Virus record (IMG/VR): IMGVR_UViG_3300023174_004605
Coordinates: 1-64,000 of that record
Direction: 5' to 3' (one strand)
Source of the DNA: a virus
DNA length: 64,000 nt
The notes below the pieces were generated by a model that saw only the letters and a program-made list of their open reading frames with translations, was not told where the DNA came from and ran no database searches. A program made the translations under genes and the position numbers. Shown here piece after piece: positions 19,714-29,246 of the stretch. Positions within the stretch are counted from its first letter, which is position 1; every line of letters starts with the position of its first letter.

Positions 19714-20334
19714 ATGGGCACCTACTATCGAAATGTAGAAAATTTTATACATCAAATTGATCCAGGTGTGTGGATTGAGATTGGTGTTGATCGCGGCGAA
19801 GGCAGTACCAAGTTCTTTGCAGACTTGGCCAAAAACCGTGCCACAAGATTTTATGCTGTGGACTATGACCAAGATCAAATTGACGGGCTCAAACAAACGT
19901 TTGTGAACATGCCCGATCATGTTCGAGCCATACAGGCCAAAGGTGAAGACTTCTTGGACAACTTTAGAAACTTGGAACCCACTGCTCAAGTGAGTTTGGT
20001 GTACTTAGATAATTTTGATTGGGACTATTGGGTCAATCGAAAAGCCAAACCTTTTGTGCCAGCAGTAAAAGAACGCTACTTACAAAAAATGGGAATCGAA
20101 ATGACCAATCTAAACAGTCAACAAGCCCATTTAAAACAAGCAATTCGGTTTATGCCATTGATGAGCGACAATAGTATTATTGTATGTGACGACACTTGGT
20201 ACGAACCAGATGAAGGTGTATTCATTGGCAAGTGCTCGGCGGCTATTCCTTATTTGTTATCCGAAGGTTATCGGTTATTGCACAGTGAGGGGCATCGTCA
20301 TAACAGTGGTGCTATATTAGGCAGATCGAAATGA
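19714..20334 (+). CDS. Putative methyltransferase, tandem paralog B
   Basis: Same motifs as the preceding gene. Confidence 0.7.
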   Translation: MGTYYRNVENFIHQIDPGVWIEIGVDRGEGSTKFFADLAKNRATRFYAVDYDQDQIDGLKQTFVNMPDHVRAIQAKGEDFLDNFRNLEPTAQVSLVYLDNFDWDYWVNRKAKPFVPAVKERYLQKMGIEMTNLNSQQAHLKQAIRFMPLMSDNSIIVCDDTWYEPDEGVFIGKCSAAIPYLLSEGYRLLHSEGHRHNSGAILGRSK

Positions 20335-21068
20335 CCGTTAAAAATTATTTGGTATCGGCTGTGCGGCCAATCCAGAATGGATGGCACATGGAAAAGAATC
20401 AAGATCTGTACAAGGCCTACGGAGAAATGTACCAAATGAGGCTGGCCTCATTCCATAAATTTTGTCAAGAACCATTTGAGGCCGTGTTATGGACCGAACC
20501 CACCAACGACAATGACACTTATACAGAAGCCAACTGGAAAGCTATTAAAGAATTGTGGCATCAAGAACCCTGCAACATATTTTGGGCCGGGGCCGACACA
20601 TTTATGATCCGTCCTACCAGTCTATTCGGCGATCGTTTCAAAGAGTTCAGACTTTTCAACTACACTGAGCCCCGAAATCATAGAGAATTTCAACATCATT
20701 TTAACAACGACGTCATGTATTTCCCACATACCATGAAAAAAGAAATATGGGAACTGGGACAACAATACTGGGATGAACAACGAGAAACACACCCGGATCG
20801 CCATTGGGGGTTCGATCAACTAAGAAACAATGCCATGTTTTGGGCACAAGGTATACACGAAGATGATTGTTTACATCCTGAAATGAATTACATGTGTCAT
20901 AACTTGAGAAGTGATAGTCCAGCTGAACTAGAAGCTACCAGGATTTGGAATTCTGGATTGCCAATTGCAGATGCAAACATTTTGCATTTTTGTGCCAGCC
21001 GAGGCAGCATTCAAGTGGTCAATATGATGAAAGTATTATGTCAAGAACTGGAAGTCAAATATGGATGA
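20331..21068 (+). CDS. Putative GT-A-like glycosyltransferase
   Basis: FWAGADT, FNNDVMYF, FDQ, ILHF resemble the GT8-like pattern; sugar-cluster context. Confidence 0.45.
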   Translation: MTVKNYLVSAVRPIQNGWHMEKNQDLYKAYGEMYQMRLASFHKFCQEPFEAVLWTEPTNDNDTYTEANWKAIKELWHQEPCNIFWAGADTFMIRPTSLFGDRFKEFRLFNYTEPRNHREFQHHFNNDVMYFPHTMKKEIWELGQQYWDEQRETHPDRHWGFDQLRNNAMFWAQGIHEDDCLHPEMNYMCHNLRSDSPAELEATRIWNSGLPIADANILHFCASRGSIQVVNMMKVLCQELEVKYG

Positions 21069-22380
21069 AATTTTAACACAAATCAAGCATTACATTGAAC
21101 AAAAACAAGCTGCCAAGACTTGGGTGGCTGGCAAGGATTTTGTAAACTACGCAGGGCCACATTTTGATTCAGATGAATATGTGGCTGCTGCCGAGACTTT
21201 GCTGAATGGCTGGTTGGTCATGGGCAACAAAAGCCTGCGCTTTGAACAAAAATTTCCAAAAGAATTTGGCAAATCACGCGGGGTGCTTACCAACAGTGGT
21301 AGTTCAGCCAACCTACTTATGATGACAGCAATGAAAAGCAAGCGTGGCCACAATTTTCCACCTGGCACCAAAGTACTGATGCCAATTGCAGGATTCCCAA
21401 CCACGCTTAATCCGACCTTGCAAAACGGATTCGTTCCTGTGTTCTGTGACATTGAAATCGATACCTTGAACATTGACTTGAATCAAGCAGAACACATACT
21501 TGCCAACGATCCTGACATCCGAATCATGACCTTTGCTCATGTGCTGGGTAACCCACCCAACATGGATCAAGTAATGGAATTGGTCCAACGACATAATTTG
21601 GTCTTGTTGGAAGATTGTTGTGATGGACTTGGAACTACCTATGATGGCAAACCTTTGGGCAGTTTTGGTGAAATGGCCTCGTGTAGTTTTTATCCAGCGC
21701 ATCACATGACCATGGGCGAAGGCGGTATTGTGGCCATGAATGATCCGCAACACGAAATAATTGTGCGCAGTCTGCGTGAGTGGGGTCGCGGTTGCTATTG
21801 TGTAGGACCCGAAGCCAACAAACTCAAATGTGGCACATGTGGCAAACGATTTCAAGAGTGGATTCCAGAGATGCCTGGCGAAATCTTTGATCACAAATAT
21901 GTTTATGACGAGATTGGTTACAACCTCAAGCCCATTGAACTGCAGGCAGCTATGGGTCTGGAACAGATCAAAAAATTGCCAGAGATACACGCACTACGCC
22001 AACGCAATTATAATCTACTGTTCAAGATCTATGAAAAGTATGAAGAGTTCTTCCACCTACCACGTGCAAGAGAAAAGGCAGATGTCAGCTGGTTTGCTTT
22101 TCCTCTTACCATACGTGAAGGGGCACCATTCTCACGCATGGACATTGTTGACTACCTAGAAGAAAATTTGATACAGACAAGACCATATTTTGCCGGCAAT
22201 ATCATGTTGCAACCAGCATATTCACATCTGATGGATACAGCACAGGCCCGGGACAATTTTCCTGTGGCCACATTCACCATGAAGAACACATTCTTTCATG
22301 GATGTAGTCCAGTTATCACGCCAGAACAGATTGCCTACATTGGCGAGAAAGTCGATGGCTTCATGAGTTTATTTAAATAA
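21061..22380 (+). CDS. rfbH: CDP-4-keto-6-deoxyglucose 3-dehydrase (RfbH/DdhC, E1)
   Basis: NSGSSANL, EDCCD, SFYPAHHMTMGEGG (His in place of Lys), WGRGCYC, DHKY. Confidence 0.9.
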   Translation: MDEILTQIKHYIEQKQAAKTWVAGKDFVNYAGPHFDSDEYVAAAETLLNGWLVMGNKSLRFEQKFPKEFGKSRGVLTNSGSSANLLMMTAMKSKRGHNFPPGTKVLMPIAGFPTTLNPTLQNGFVPVFCDIEIDTLNIDLNQAEHILANDPDIRIMTFAHVLGNPPNMDQVMELVQRHNLVLLEDCCDGLGTTYDGKPLGSFGEMASCSFYPAHHMTMGEGGIVAMNDPQHEIIVRSLREWGRGCYCVGPEANKLKCGTCGKRFQEWIPEMPGEIFDHKYVYDEIGYNLKPIELQAAMGLEQIKKLPEIHALRQRNYNLLFKIYEKYEEFFHLPRAREKADVSWFAFPLTIREGAPFSRMDIVDYLEENLIQTRPYFAGNIMLQPAYSHLMDTAQARDNFPVATFTMKNTFFHGCSPVITPEQIAYIGEKVDGFMSLFK

Positions 22381-22389
22381 GGAATCAAG

Positions 22390-24147
22390 ATGAAAGGCAG
22401 TCAATACGTAGCGCAGTTTCTCAAAGCCGTAGGAGCCACCAATGTGTTTGTGGTGCAGGGCGGTGCATGTGCATTCATGCTGGATGCCGTGGCGCTGGAA
22501 CCTGGCATGCGGTATACATGTTTTCAACACGAACAAGCAGCGGCCATGGCTGCAGATGCGTTGTGGCGCACCAACAAACAACTGGGTGTGACCTTTTGTA
22601 CTAGTGGTCCCGGGGCCAGCAACTTGATAACTGGCATCGCCTGTGGCTACTATGATTCCATACCCAGCCTGCACATCACCGGGCAGGTCAACTACGAAGA
22701 GCAAAAACTCTACAGGAATGCACCAGTACGCCAGGCCGGCTTCCAGCAGATGGACATAGTAAGCATGGTACGGCCAGTGAGCAAATATGCTGTAGCTGTT
22801 ACAACACATGACGAAATGCGTCGCGAACTCAAACGTGCAGTAGAAGAGGCCTACGCTGGTCGCATGGGACCAGTGGTAGTAGACATTCCCATGAATCTAC
22901 AAAATGCCGAAATGGACAACAGTGAACTGTTGTTGCCCAAAGCAGTGGTTCCGGTAGATACACAAGTTTCTATCACAGAATTGGCCAATCGTATAACAGA
23001 ATTTTTTTCCGAAGCACAAAGACCCTTGGTGATATTTGGTGCTGGTGTGGGCCTGGCAGGCACCGAGACAGCTCTGGAATCATGGTTGAACAAAAATCAT
23101 ATGCCCTTTGTGGCCACCTGGGCCAGCCTAAATTATTTCAATCATGATACAAGCAACTATATTGGACACTTTGGTGTGTATGGCAATCGTGGTGGAAATT
23201 TTGCTGTTCAAAATGCCGACCGTGTCTTGGTCTTGGGATCAAGGCTGGACAATCGTCAACGGTCTGGTAATCCCAACAACTTTGCACCGCAGGCGGACAT
23301 ATTTGTTGTAGATCTTGATCCTGCTGAACTAGAAAAACTTGATCCAGAAAAATATCAGTATCAGGCCTGCTTTGATCTAAGACGTCTTGCAAAGGTGTTG
23401 GATGGCGTGCAAGTACCCGAGATATCATCCACATGGGCAAGTTATCTATATTTAATGAAATCACGGTACTTCAACAAAGACACTAGTAGCTACAGTCTCA
23501 ACAAAGGCACCATGAGTCCTTATCTTGTAGTCGAACGGTTACAAGAGCTTGCTGATTCGGATGCCATCATCACCACAGATGCTGGTGCCAACCACTGCTG
23601 GGTGTATCAAACGTTTTATAAAAACAGTAATCAATTGCTTATGACCAGCAGTGGACACTATGCCATGGGCTATGCTTTGCCGGCCAGCATAGGAGCTGCC
23701 TTAGTAGAACCTGGCCGCCAACAGATCTGTTGCAATGGTGATGCAGGTATACAGATGAACCTACAGGAACTGCAAACCGTCAAAGAATATGATCTTGACA
23801 TCAAGGTTGTAATTTTTAACAATCATGGTCTGGGCATGATCAAACAATTCCAAGACACCTACATGGGTGGGCGTTATGCAGGAACTGATCAAGGGCCAGG
23901 TCGGCCTGATTTTGTCAAGATTGCTGGTGCCTTTGATTTTGATTATGCTCGAGTGGTCGGCTTGGACCAGGTTACTGCGGATTTGTTGAGACCCGGTCGC
24001 AGAATCATAGAAATCATGATCGACCCAGGTTGTCAGATTGAACCCAAATTAGAAATGGGTCGTCCTATCAATGATCAAAGCCCTTTGGTTTCTGACGAGG
24101 CATTTGCCGAGGGCAATCCTTTCTTCCACTACGAGCGACGCCGTTGA
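22390..24147 (+). CDS. ThDP-dependent enzyme (acetolactate-synthase-like, YerE-like)
   Basis: HEQAAAMAA, TSGPGASN, NGDAGIQMNLQEL, NNHGLGMI. Confidence 0.85.
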   Translation: MKGSQYVAQFLKAVGATNVFVVQGGACAFMLDAVALEPGMRYTCFQHEQAAAMAADALWRTNKQLGVTFCTSGPGASNLITGIACGYYDSIPSLHITGQVNYEEQKLYRNAPVRQAGFQQMDIVSMVRPVSKYAVAVTTHDEMRRELKRAVEEAYAGRMGPVVVDIPMNLQNAEMDNSELLLPKAVVPVDTQVSITELANRITEFFSEAQRPLVIFGAGVGLAGTETALESWLNKNHMPFVATWASLNYFNHDTSNYIGHFGVYGNRGGNFAVQNADRVLVLGSRLDNRQRSGNPNNFAPQADIFVVDLDPAELEKLDPEKYQYQACFDLRRLAKVLDGVQVPEISSTWASYLYLMKSRYFNKDTSSYSLNKGTMSPYLVVERLQELADSDAIITTDAGANHCWVYQTFYKNSNQLLMTSSGHYAMGYALPASIGAALVEPGRQQICCNGDAGIQMNLQELQTVKEYDLDIKVVIFNNHGLGMIKQFQDTYMGGRYAGTDQGPGRPDFVKIAGAFDFDYARVVGLDQVTADLLRPGRRIIEIMIDPGCQIEPKLEMGRPINDQSPLVSDEAFAEGNPFFHYERRR

Positions 24148-24953
24148 AGGTCCTGATCACAGGTGCTGGAGGATTCCTGGGCACTTATTTTGCCCAGCAT
24201 CTTGATCATGATGTTGATGCACCGAATCGGCAGGACTTGAATCTTACCAACAGTGCAGAGGTTGCCAAACAACTGAGATCAGGTCATTACGATGTCATAC
24301 TGCATTGTGCCAGTGCCGGGCGCAACACAGCTAAATCCATGGATGCAGATATTGCCACCAACAACCTTGTTGGTTTTTCCAACCTAGTAGCCAATCGGCA
24401 TGAATTTGGCATGTTGATCAATTTCGCAACAGGTGCCGAATTCGACATTGATACTGATATCAACTGTGTGAGCGAAACAGAGATTTGGTCACGTAACCCA
24501 ATACACAGTTATGGCCGTAGCAAAAATATCATAGCACGCCAGGCACAGATGTTGACTGACTTTTATAATTTAAGAATTTTTGGTTGTTTTGATTCCAGCG
24601 AGTCAAACCATCGTCCATTGAAGACATTTATAAACAAAGCCAAATTAGGACAAACATTTTCGATTCCTGCAGACAAAGAATTTGATATGATCAGTGTGCC
24701 AGACATTTTAACTGTGACACAGGCAGTTATGGCCAAACAAATCAGTGACAAAGACATAAATTTAGTTTATAATACAAAATATAAACTCAGCGATTTCATT
24801 ATCATGTTTGCAGAATTGCACAATCTGGATACAAAACTTGTGAGTGTTGGCGCAGTCGATCAAAACTGCTACACCGGCGACGGTTCCAAATTGTCTGCAC
24901 TTGGTCTTGAGTTATTGGGACTCGAAAAATCTTTGAAAAATTACCAAATATGA
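24144..24953 (+). CDS. NAD-dependent sugar epimerase/reductase
   Basis: TGAGGFLG, YGRSK, LRIFGCF. Confidence 0.8.
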   Translation: MKVLITGAGGFLGTYFAQHLDHDVDAPNRQDLNLTNSAEVAKQLRSGHYDVILHCASAGRNTAKSMDADIATNNLVGFSNLVANRHEFGMLINFATGAEFDIDTDINCVSETEIWSRNPIHSYGRSKNIIARQAQMLTDFYNLRIFGCFDSSESNHRPLKTFINKAKLGQTFSIPADKEFDMISVPDILTVTQAVMAKQISDKDINLVYNTKYKLSDFIIMFAELHNLDTKLVSVGAVDQNCYTGDGSKLSALGLELLGLEKSLKNYQI

Positions 24954-25486
24954 AGAAAATTTATTATTCGTGGCAGGATACCGAACGTCAAACACACGAA
25001 TTATTGCGTCAAATAAATCTGGACAGATGGCGCCCTGACTATGTAGTAGGACTTACTCGTGGCGGCTTGGTTCCTGCTAACCTGATCAGCCAATACCTTG
25101 ATTGCAGGATGGAAACACTAAAGGTCAGTCTCAGAGATGGTAGTCAACAAGAAACCAACTGCTGGATGGCCGAAGATGCGTTTGGTTATGGCGGTGCAGA
25201 CGGTTACCCAGCCGACTCACTGAAAAAAAATATCCTAATCGTAGATGACATTAACGATTCGGGTGCTACCTTAAATTGGATCAGGAAAGATTGGATGAGC
25301 AGTTGTTTTGCTACCAGTCCAGTGTGGGACCACATCTGGGGCCACAATGTGCGTGTGGCAGTGTTGGTTGATAACGAATCAAGCAAGTCGGAAATTCCTG
25401 TCAGTTACAGTGCAGTTGATCTAAATAAAGCCGAAGAAGATTGTTGGATTGTTTTTCCATGGGAATCATGGTGGCAATCTAAATAA
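24950..25486 (+). CDS. Type I phosphoribosyltransferase (purine PRT-like)
   Basis: GLTRGGLVPA, ILIVDDINDSGAT PRPP loop, WIVFPWE. Confidence 0.88.
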   Translation: MKKIYYSWQDTERQTHELLRQINLDRWRPDYVVGLTRGGLVPANLISQYLDCRMETLKVSLRDGSQQETNCWMAEDAFGYGGADGYPADSLKKNILIVDDINDSGATLNWIRKDWMSSCFATSPVWDHIWGHNVRVAVLVDNESSKSEIPVSYSAVDLNKAEEDCWIVFPWESWWQSK

Positions 25487-25490
25487 GCGT

Positions 25491-25688
25491 ATGAAAATAA
25501 AATATCGTAAACCCACTCTACAAGAACAAATGACCGAGGCTATAGAAACGGCCAAACAACCCATAGACTATTTTGAACTCACGCAAACAGAATTTCAATC
25601 TATCTTTCACAGTCTAGACAAGTCCAAATCCGGTAGCACAATAACATATTCTTACAAAGGTATCTCTATAAAGGTGTTAGATGAGTAA
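25491..25688 (+). CDS. Hypothetical protein
   Basis: ATG 5 nt after CTAAATA. Confidence 0.55.
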   Translation: MKIKYRKPTLQEQMTEAIETAKQPIDYFELTQTEFQSIFHSLDKSKSGSTITYSYKGISIKVLDE

Positions 25689-26559
25689 AATAAAAGTTTC
25701 AGAAGTATTTTATAGTTTACAAGGCGAAGGTCGCTTTGTAGGTGTGCCAAGTGTGTTTTTACGCACATATGGTTGTAATTTTACCTGTGCAGGATTTGGT
25801 TGTGCTCCAGGAGAAAAATCAAAGGGCGCCGATGAAGTGGCTGAAGTAGTACATCTGTATAACAAATTTGAAGAGTTGCCTTTGGTGGAAACCGGCTGTG
25901 ACAGTTATGCGTCGTGGCATCCTGCATTCAAACACTTGAGTCCTACGCAGACCACAGAAGAGCTAGTCGAACGCATGTTAGCACTCACACCCAACAATCA
26001 ATGGATGCAGAACAATGGCAATGATGTACACTTGGTAATCACTGGTGGCGAACCATTGCTGGGTTGGCAACGTGCCTATGCAGAACTGCTGAGTCACCCA
26101 AGAATGGCAGACTTGAAAAACATCACGTTCGAGACAAATGGTACTCAAGAGTTGCACAAAGATTTCCAACATTTTTTGTTGGACTGGACCTTGAATCCCA
26201 GACTGGGCAAAAAAGGCCCGTCAGCTTTGACATTCAGTGTCAGTGCCAAACTCAGTGCGTCGGGCGAAAAGTGGGAAGAAGCCATATGTCCCGACGTCGT
26301 TATGAGCTATGCCAATATTGGACACACTTACTTGAAGTTTGTGGTAGAAACCGACGAGCATATTGCGGATGCCATACGTGCCACGGATGAGTATCGTCGT
26401 GCAGGATTTAAAGGAGTGATTTACTTGATGCCACAGGGCGGAGTTGTTGAGCCGTATGATCGCAACAAGTTACGAATCGCAGACATCTGTGTCAAGCATG
26501 GCTGGAACTACAGTCCACGCTTGCATGTGGATCTCTGGGGTAATGGCTGGGGCAAATGA
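25681..26559 (+). CDS. queE: 7-carboxy-7-deazaguanine synthase (radical SAM)
   Basis: EVFYSLQGEG, FLRTYGCNFTC...CDS, ITGGEP, ETNGT, SPRLHV. Confidence 0.92.
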   Translation: MSKIKVSEVFYSLQGEGRFVGVPSVFLRTYGCNFTCAGFGCAPGEKSKGADEVAEVVHLYNKFEELPLVETGCDSYASWHPAFKHLSPTQTTEELVERMLALTPNNQWMQNNGNDVHLVITGGEPLLGWQRAYAELLSHPRMADLKNITFETNGTQELHKDFQHFLLDWTLNPRLGKKGPSALTFSVSAKLSASGEKWEEAICPDVVMSYANIGHTYLKFVVETDEHIADAIRATDEYRRAGFKGVIYLMPQGGVVEPYDRNKLRIADICVKHGWNYSPRLHVDLWGNGWGK

Positions 26560-26789
26560 GCCCGATACCCGAACGTATCGAGCGCCCCAATGGCAGTTTT
26601 TACATTCGAGCCGAATGGAAATTGTGCAGGGTTATATGGCCCAAGACCTGTGAGATCACAGGACGTAGATTATGGCCAGGAACTTTGGCCTATCGTGGAA
26701 TCGCTACCTGGACCGGTCCGGGTAAACCCGTGATTGAATACAAATGGCATGATCGACAGGAACATTTAATGTGGCAACTAAAGGAATAA
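26556..26789 (+). CDS. Hypothetical protein
   Basis: Coupled ORF. Confidence 0.55.
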   Translation: MSPIPERIERPNGSFYIRAEWKLCRVIWPKTCEITGRRLWPGTLAYRGIATWTGPGKPVIEYKWHDRQEHLMWQLKE

Positions 26790-26793
26790 AATT

Positions 26794-27549
26794 ATGAAAG
26801 AACTCGCAAACGACATATCCGCATGGATCAAAAACTACGCTTCCGAAAATAACATTGAATGGTTGGTAGTAGGTATTAGTGGGGGAATAGATTCTAGTGT
26901 GGTCAGCACCTTGTGTGCCAGAACCGGTATGCCAGTCACGGTTGTGTCCATGCCCATACGACAAAGACCCGAACTGCATGATCTCAGCATGAGACACGGT
27001 GTTTGGCTCACCAAAAAATTCAGCAATGTCAAACACGAAACAGTGGATCTCACACCTGTGTTTGATCAGTTCGAAATCACACTAGGACAGTATAACAACT
27101 TGTTGGGCATGGCCAACAGCCGTGCTCGACTGCGTATGGCATGCTTGTATCAGATAGCACAGCACAACCACGGCATTGTGGTGGGCACAGGCAACCGAGT
27201 CGAAGACTTTGGTGTGGGCTTTTATACCAAATACGGCGACGGTGGAGTGGATATCAGTCCCATTGGTGACTTGATGAAAACCGAAGTATGGGATCTGGGA
27301 CGCGAACTGGGTATTATACAGGATATCATTGATGCAGCGCCCACAGATGGACTCTGGACCGACGGTCGCACTGATCAAGATCAACTGGGCGGTCTTACTT
27401 ATACACAGTTAGAGCAGGCCATGCTTTGGGACGAACAGGGAGTTGACCCTGCTTATGACGCAGATTACAACCTGTTGTTGCAATATCGCAGAATCCGTGC
27501 CCGTAGTCTACACAAGATGTTGCCCATACCTGTGTTTAAAAAATCCTAA
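26794..27549 (+). CDS. nadE: NH3-dependent NAD+ synthetase
   Basis: GISGGIDS, ARLRM, GFYTKYGDGG, PIGDLMK, PTDGL. Confidence 0.92.
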   Translation: MKELANDISAWIKNYASENNIEWLVVGISGGIDSSVVSTLCARTGMPVTVVSMPIRQRPELHDLSMRHGVWLTKKFSNVKHETVDLTPVFDQFEITLGQYNNLLGMANSRARLRMACLYQIAQHNHGIVVGTGNRVEDFGVGFYTKYGDGGVDISPIGDLMKTEVWDLGRELGIIQDIIDAAPTDGLWTDGRTDQDQLGGLTYTQLEQAMLWDEQGVDPAYDADYNLLLQYRRIRARSLHKMLPIPVFKKS

Positions 27550-27606
27550 AGGCCACACAGATACCAGATAAATTAGTCTGTAGTACTCTAAGAATAAAGG
27601 ACTCGC

Positions 27607-28845
27607 ATGGCTAAAATAGGATTCATTGGTATAGGTAAACTTGGGCTAGATTGCGCCGAAGTATTTGCAGAAAAGCACGAAGTACGCGGTTACGACATTT
27701 ATCCACGCACCAGCGACAGTGTAAAAGTATGTGATATTCAAGAATTAGTCAACGAAAGCGAGTGGATCTTTATTGCTGTGCCCACTCCGCATGCCGAAGG
27801 CTACGATGGCAGTGTTCCGTCAAGCCATATGACTCCTCGAGATTTTGGTCATGATGCAGTTATTGACGCTATCGACAAAGTCAATGCTTATTCTCAAACC
27901 AGTAAAAAAGTCGTGCTGATCAGTACAGTATTGCCTGGCACCACACGCAAAAAATTCATAACACGTTTAGATCCTAAACACGAGTTTGTTTACAACCCTT
28001 ACTTGATTGCCATGGGTTCAGTCAAGTGGGACATGGTCAATCCAGAGATGATCATGTTGGGCACGGAGGATGGTAGTTTAACTGGTGTTGCTGGCGAACT
28101 CCGAGCACTGTACGAAACAATCATGCAAAACGATCCACGCTATGAAGTTGGTACCTGGGATGAGTGCGAAGCTATCAAGATTTTCTACAATACATTTATC
28201 AGTGCCAAGGTAGGTCTGGCCAACATGATCCAAGACTTTGCGCTGAAGATTGGCAACATCAATGTAGACGTGGTAACCAATGCCTTGGCCAAATCAACCA
28301 TGCGTATCATGGGACCCAAGTACATGACAGCAGGCATGGGAGATGCCGGAGCATGCCATCCCAGAGACAATATTGCCTTGCGTTGGTTGGCCGAGGAGTA
28401 TGATATTGGTTATGACTTGTTTGACACAATCATGCACGCTAGAGAAATCCAAGCAAAAAATCTGGCTCTGTTCTTAGTAGATCAGGCTCAACGTCATAAC
28501 TTGCCTATCGTCATACATGGCAAGGCCTACAAGCCAGATGTAGAATACTGCATTGGATCTTATTCAACCCTAGTTGGGTTTTATGTCCGAGAGGCCGGAT
28601 TGCCGGTGGTCTATGTTGATCCTTTGGCTGATGATCGCAACGGGTGTTTGGATTCCATTGATGGACCTGCGGTGTTCCTTTGGGCACACAATCGTAAAAT
28701 CACCTACGAATACACCGGAGATCAGGCCGACACACAACCTTACTGCCAAATCCAGCCCGGCAGCGTGATTGTGGATCCATGGCGCAAATTACCCATTGAC
28801 ATGCCAGGTATTTCTGTAGTACACTATGGTAATACCAGACTTTGA
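27607..28845 (+). CDS. UDP-glucose/GDP-mannose dehydrogenase family
   Basis: GIGKLG, IAVPTP, IKIFYN, GACHPRD, AYKP. Confidence 0.88.
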   Translation: MAKIGFIGIGKLGLDCAEVFAEKHEVRGYDIYPRTSDSVKVCDIQELVNESEWIFIAVPTPHAEGYDGSVPSSHMTPRDFGHDAVIDAIDKVNAYSQTSKKVVLISTVLPGTTRKKFITRLDPKHEFVYNPYLIAMGSVKWDMVNPEMIMLGTEDGSLTGVAGELRALYETIMQNDPRYEVGTWDECEAIKIFYNTFISAKVGLANMIQDFALKIGNINVDVVTNALAKSTMRIMGPKYMTAGMGDAGACHPRDNIALRWLAEEYDIGYDLFDTIMHAREIQAKNLALFLVDQAQRHNLPIVIHGKAYKPDVEYCIGSYSTLVGFYVREAGLPVVYVDPLADDRNGCLDSIDGPAVFLWAHNRKITYEYTGDQADTQPYCQIQPGSVIVDPWRKLPIDMPGISVVHYGNTRL

Positions 28846-29246
28846 TAAGGAACACTGTGGGATTATTTGATCGTTTTTTAAAAAAGAAAAAAACTGAACC
28901 CAAGGTCGATGCAAGGCCCAAAAAAGTTGAAAAAACTGAAAAGGAATTGGTCACCGAACGTGGCGAACCTTATGTGGCCGTAATCAGCATGGAGATCGAT
29001 CCCAACAACGTGCAAAATGGTGCCTTTGAATTAGACTGGAATGACAAATTTGTGGCCAATCTAATTCGTGCCGGATATCAGATGGATACCAAAGACACTG
29101 ACGCAGACATTGTAGATCGTTGGTTCACTGCGGTGTGTCGCAACGTGGTATTGGAAACCTTTGAGCAATATGAAGCCATGAATCCCGAACGAGATCGAGT
29201 TGTTAAAACTCGAGACCTCGGCGATGGCAGATCAGAAGTATCGTGA
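28842..29246 (+). CDS. Hypothetical protein
   Basis: Coupled ORF; start uncertain. Confidence 0.65.
   Translation: MIRNTVGLFDRFLKKKKTEPKVDARPKKVEKTEKELVTERGEPYVAVISMEIDPNNVQNGAFELDWNDKFVANLIRAGYQMDTKDTDADIVDRWFTAVCRNVVLETFEQYEAMNPERDRVVKTRDLGDGRSEVS

Noticed and set aside
21313-21990. 225-aa antisense ORF and the many other antisense or alternate-frame ORFs
   Set aside because: They lie opposite or within well-supported genes, with no SD or motifs.
22390-24147. Acetolactate synthase as a branched-chain amino acid AMG
   Set aside because: No ilvC/ilvD/ilvH nearby; it sits between rfbH and a sugar reductase.
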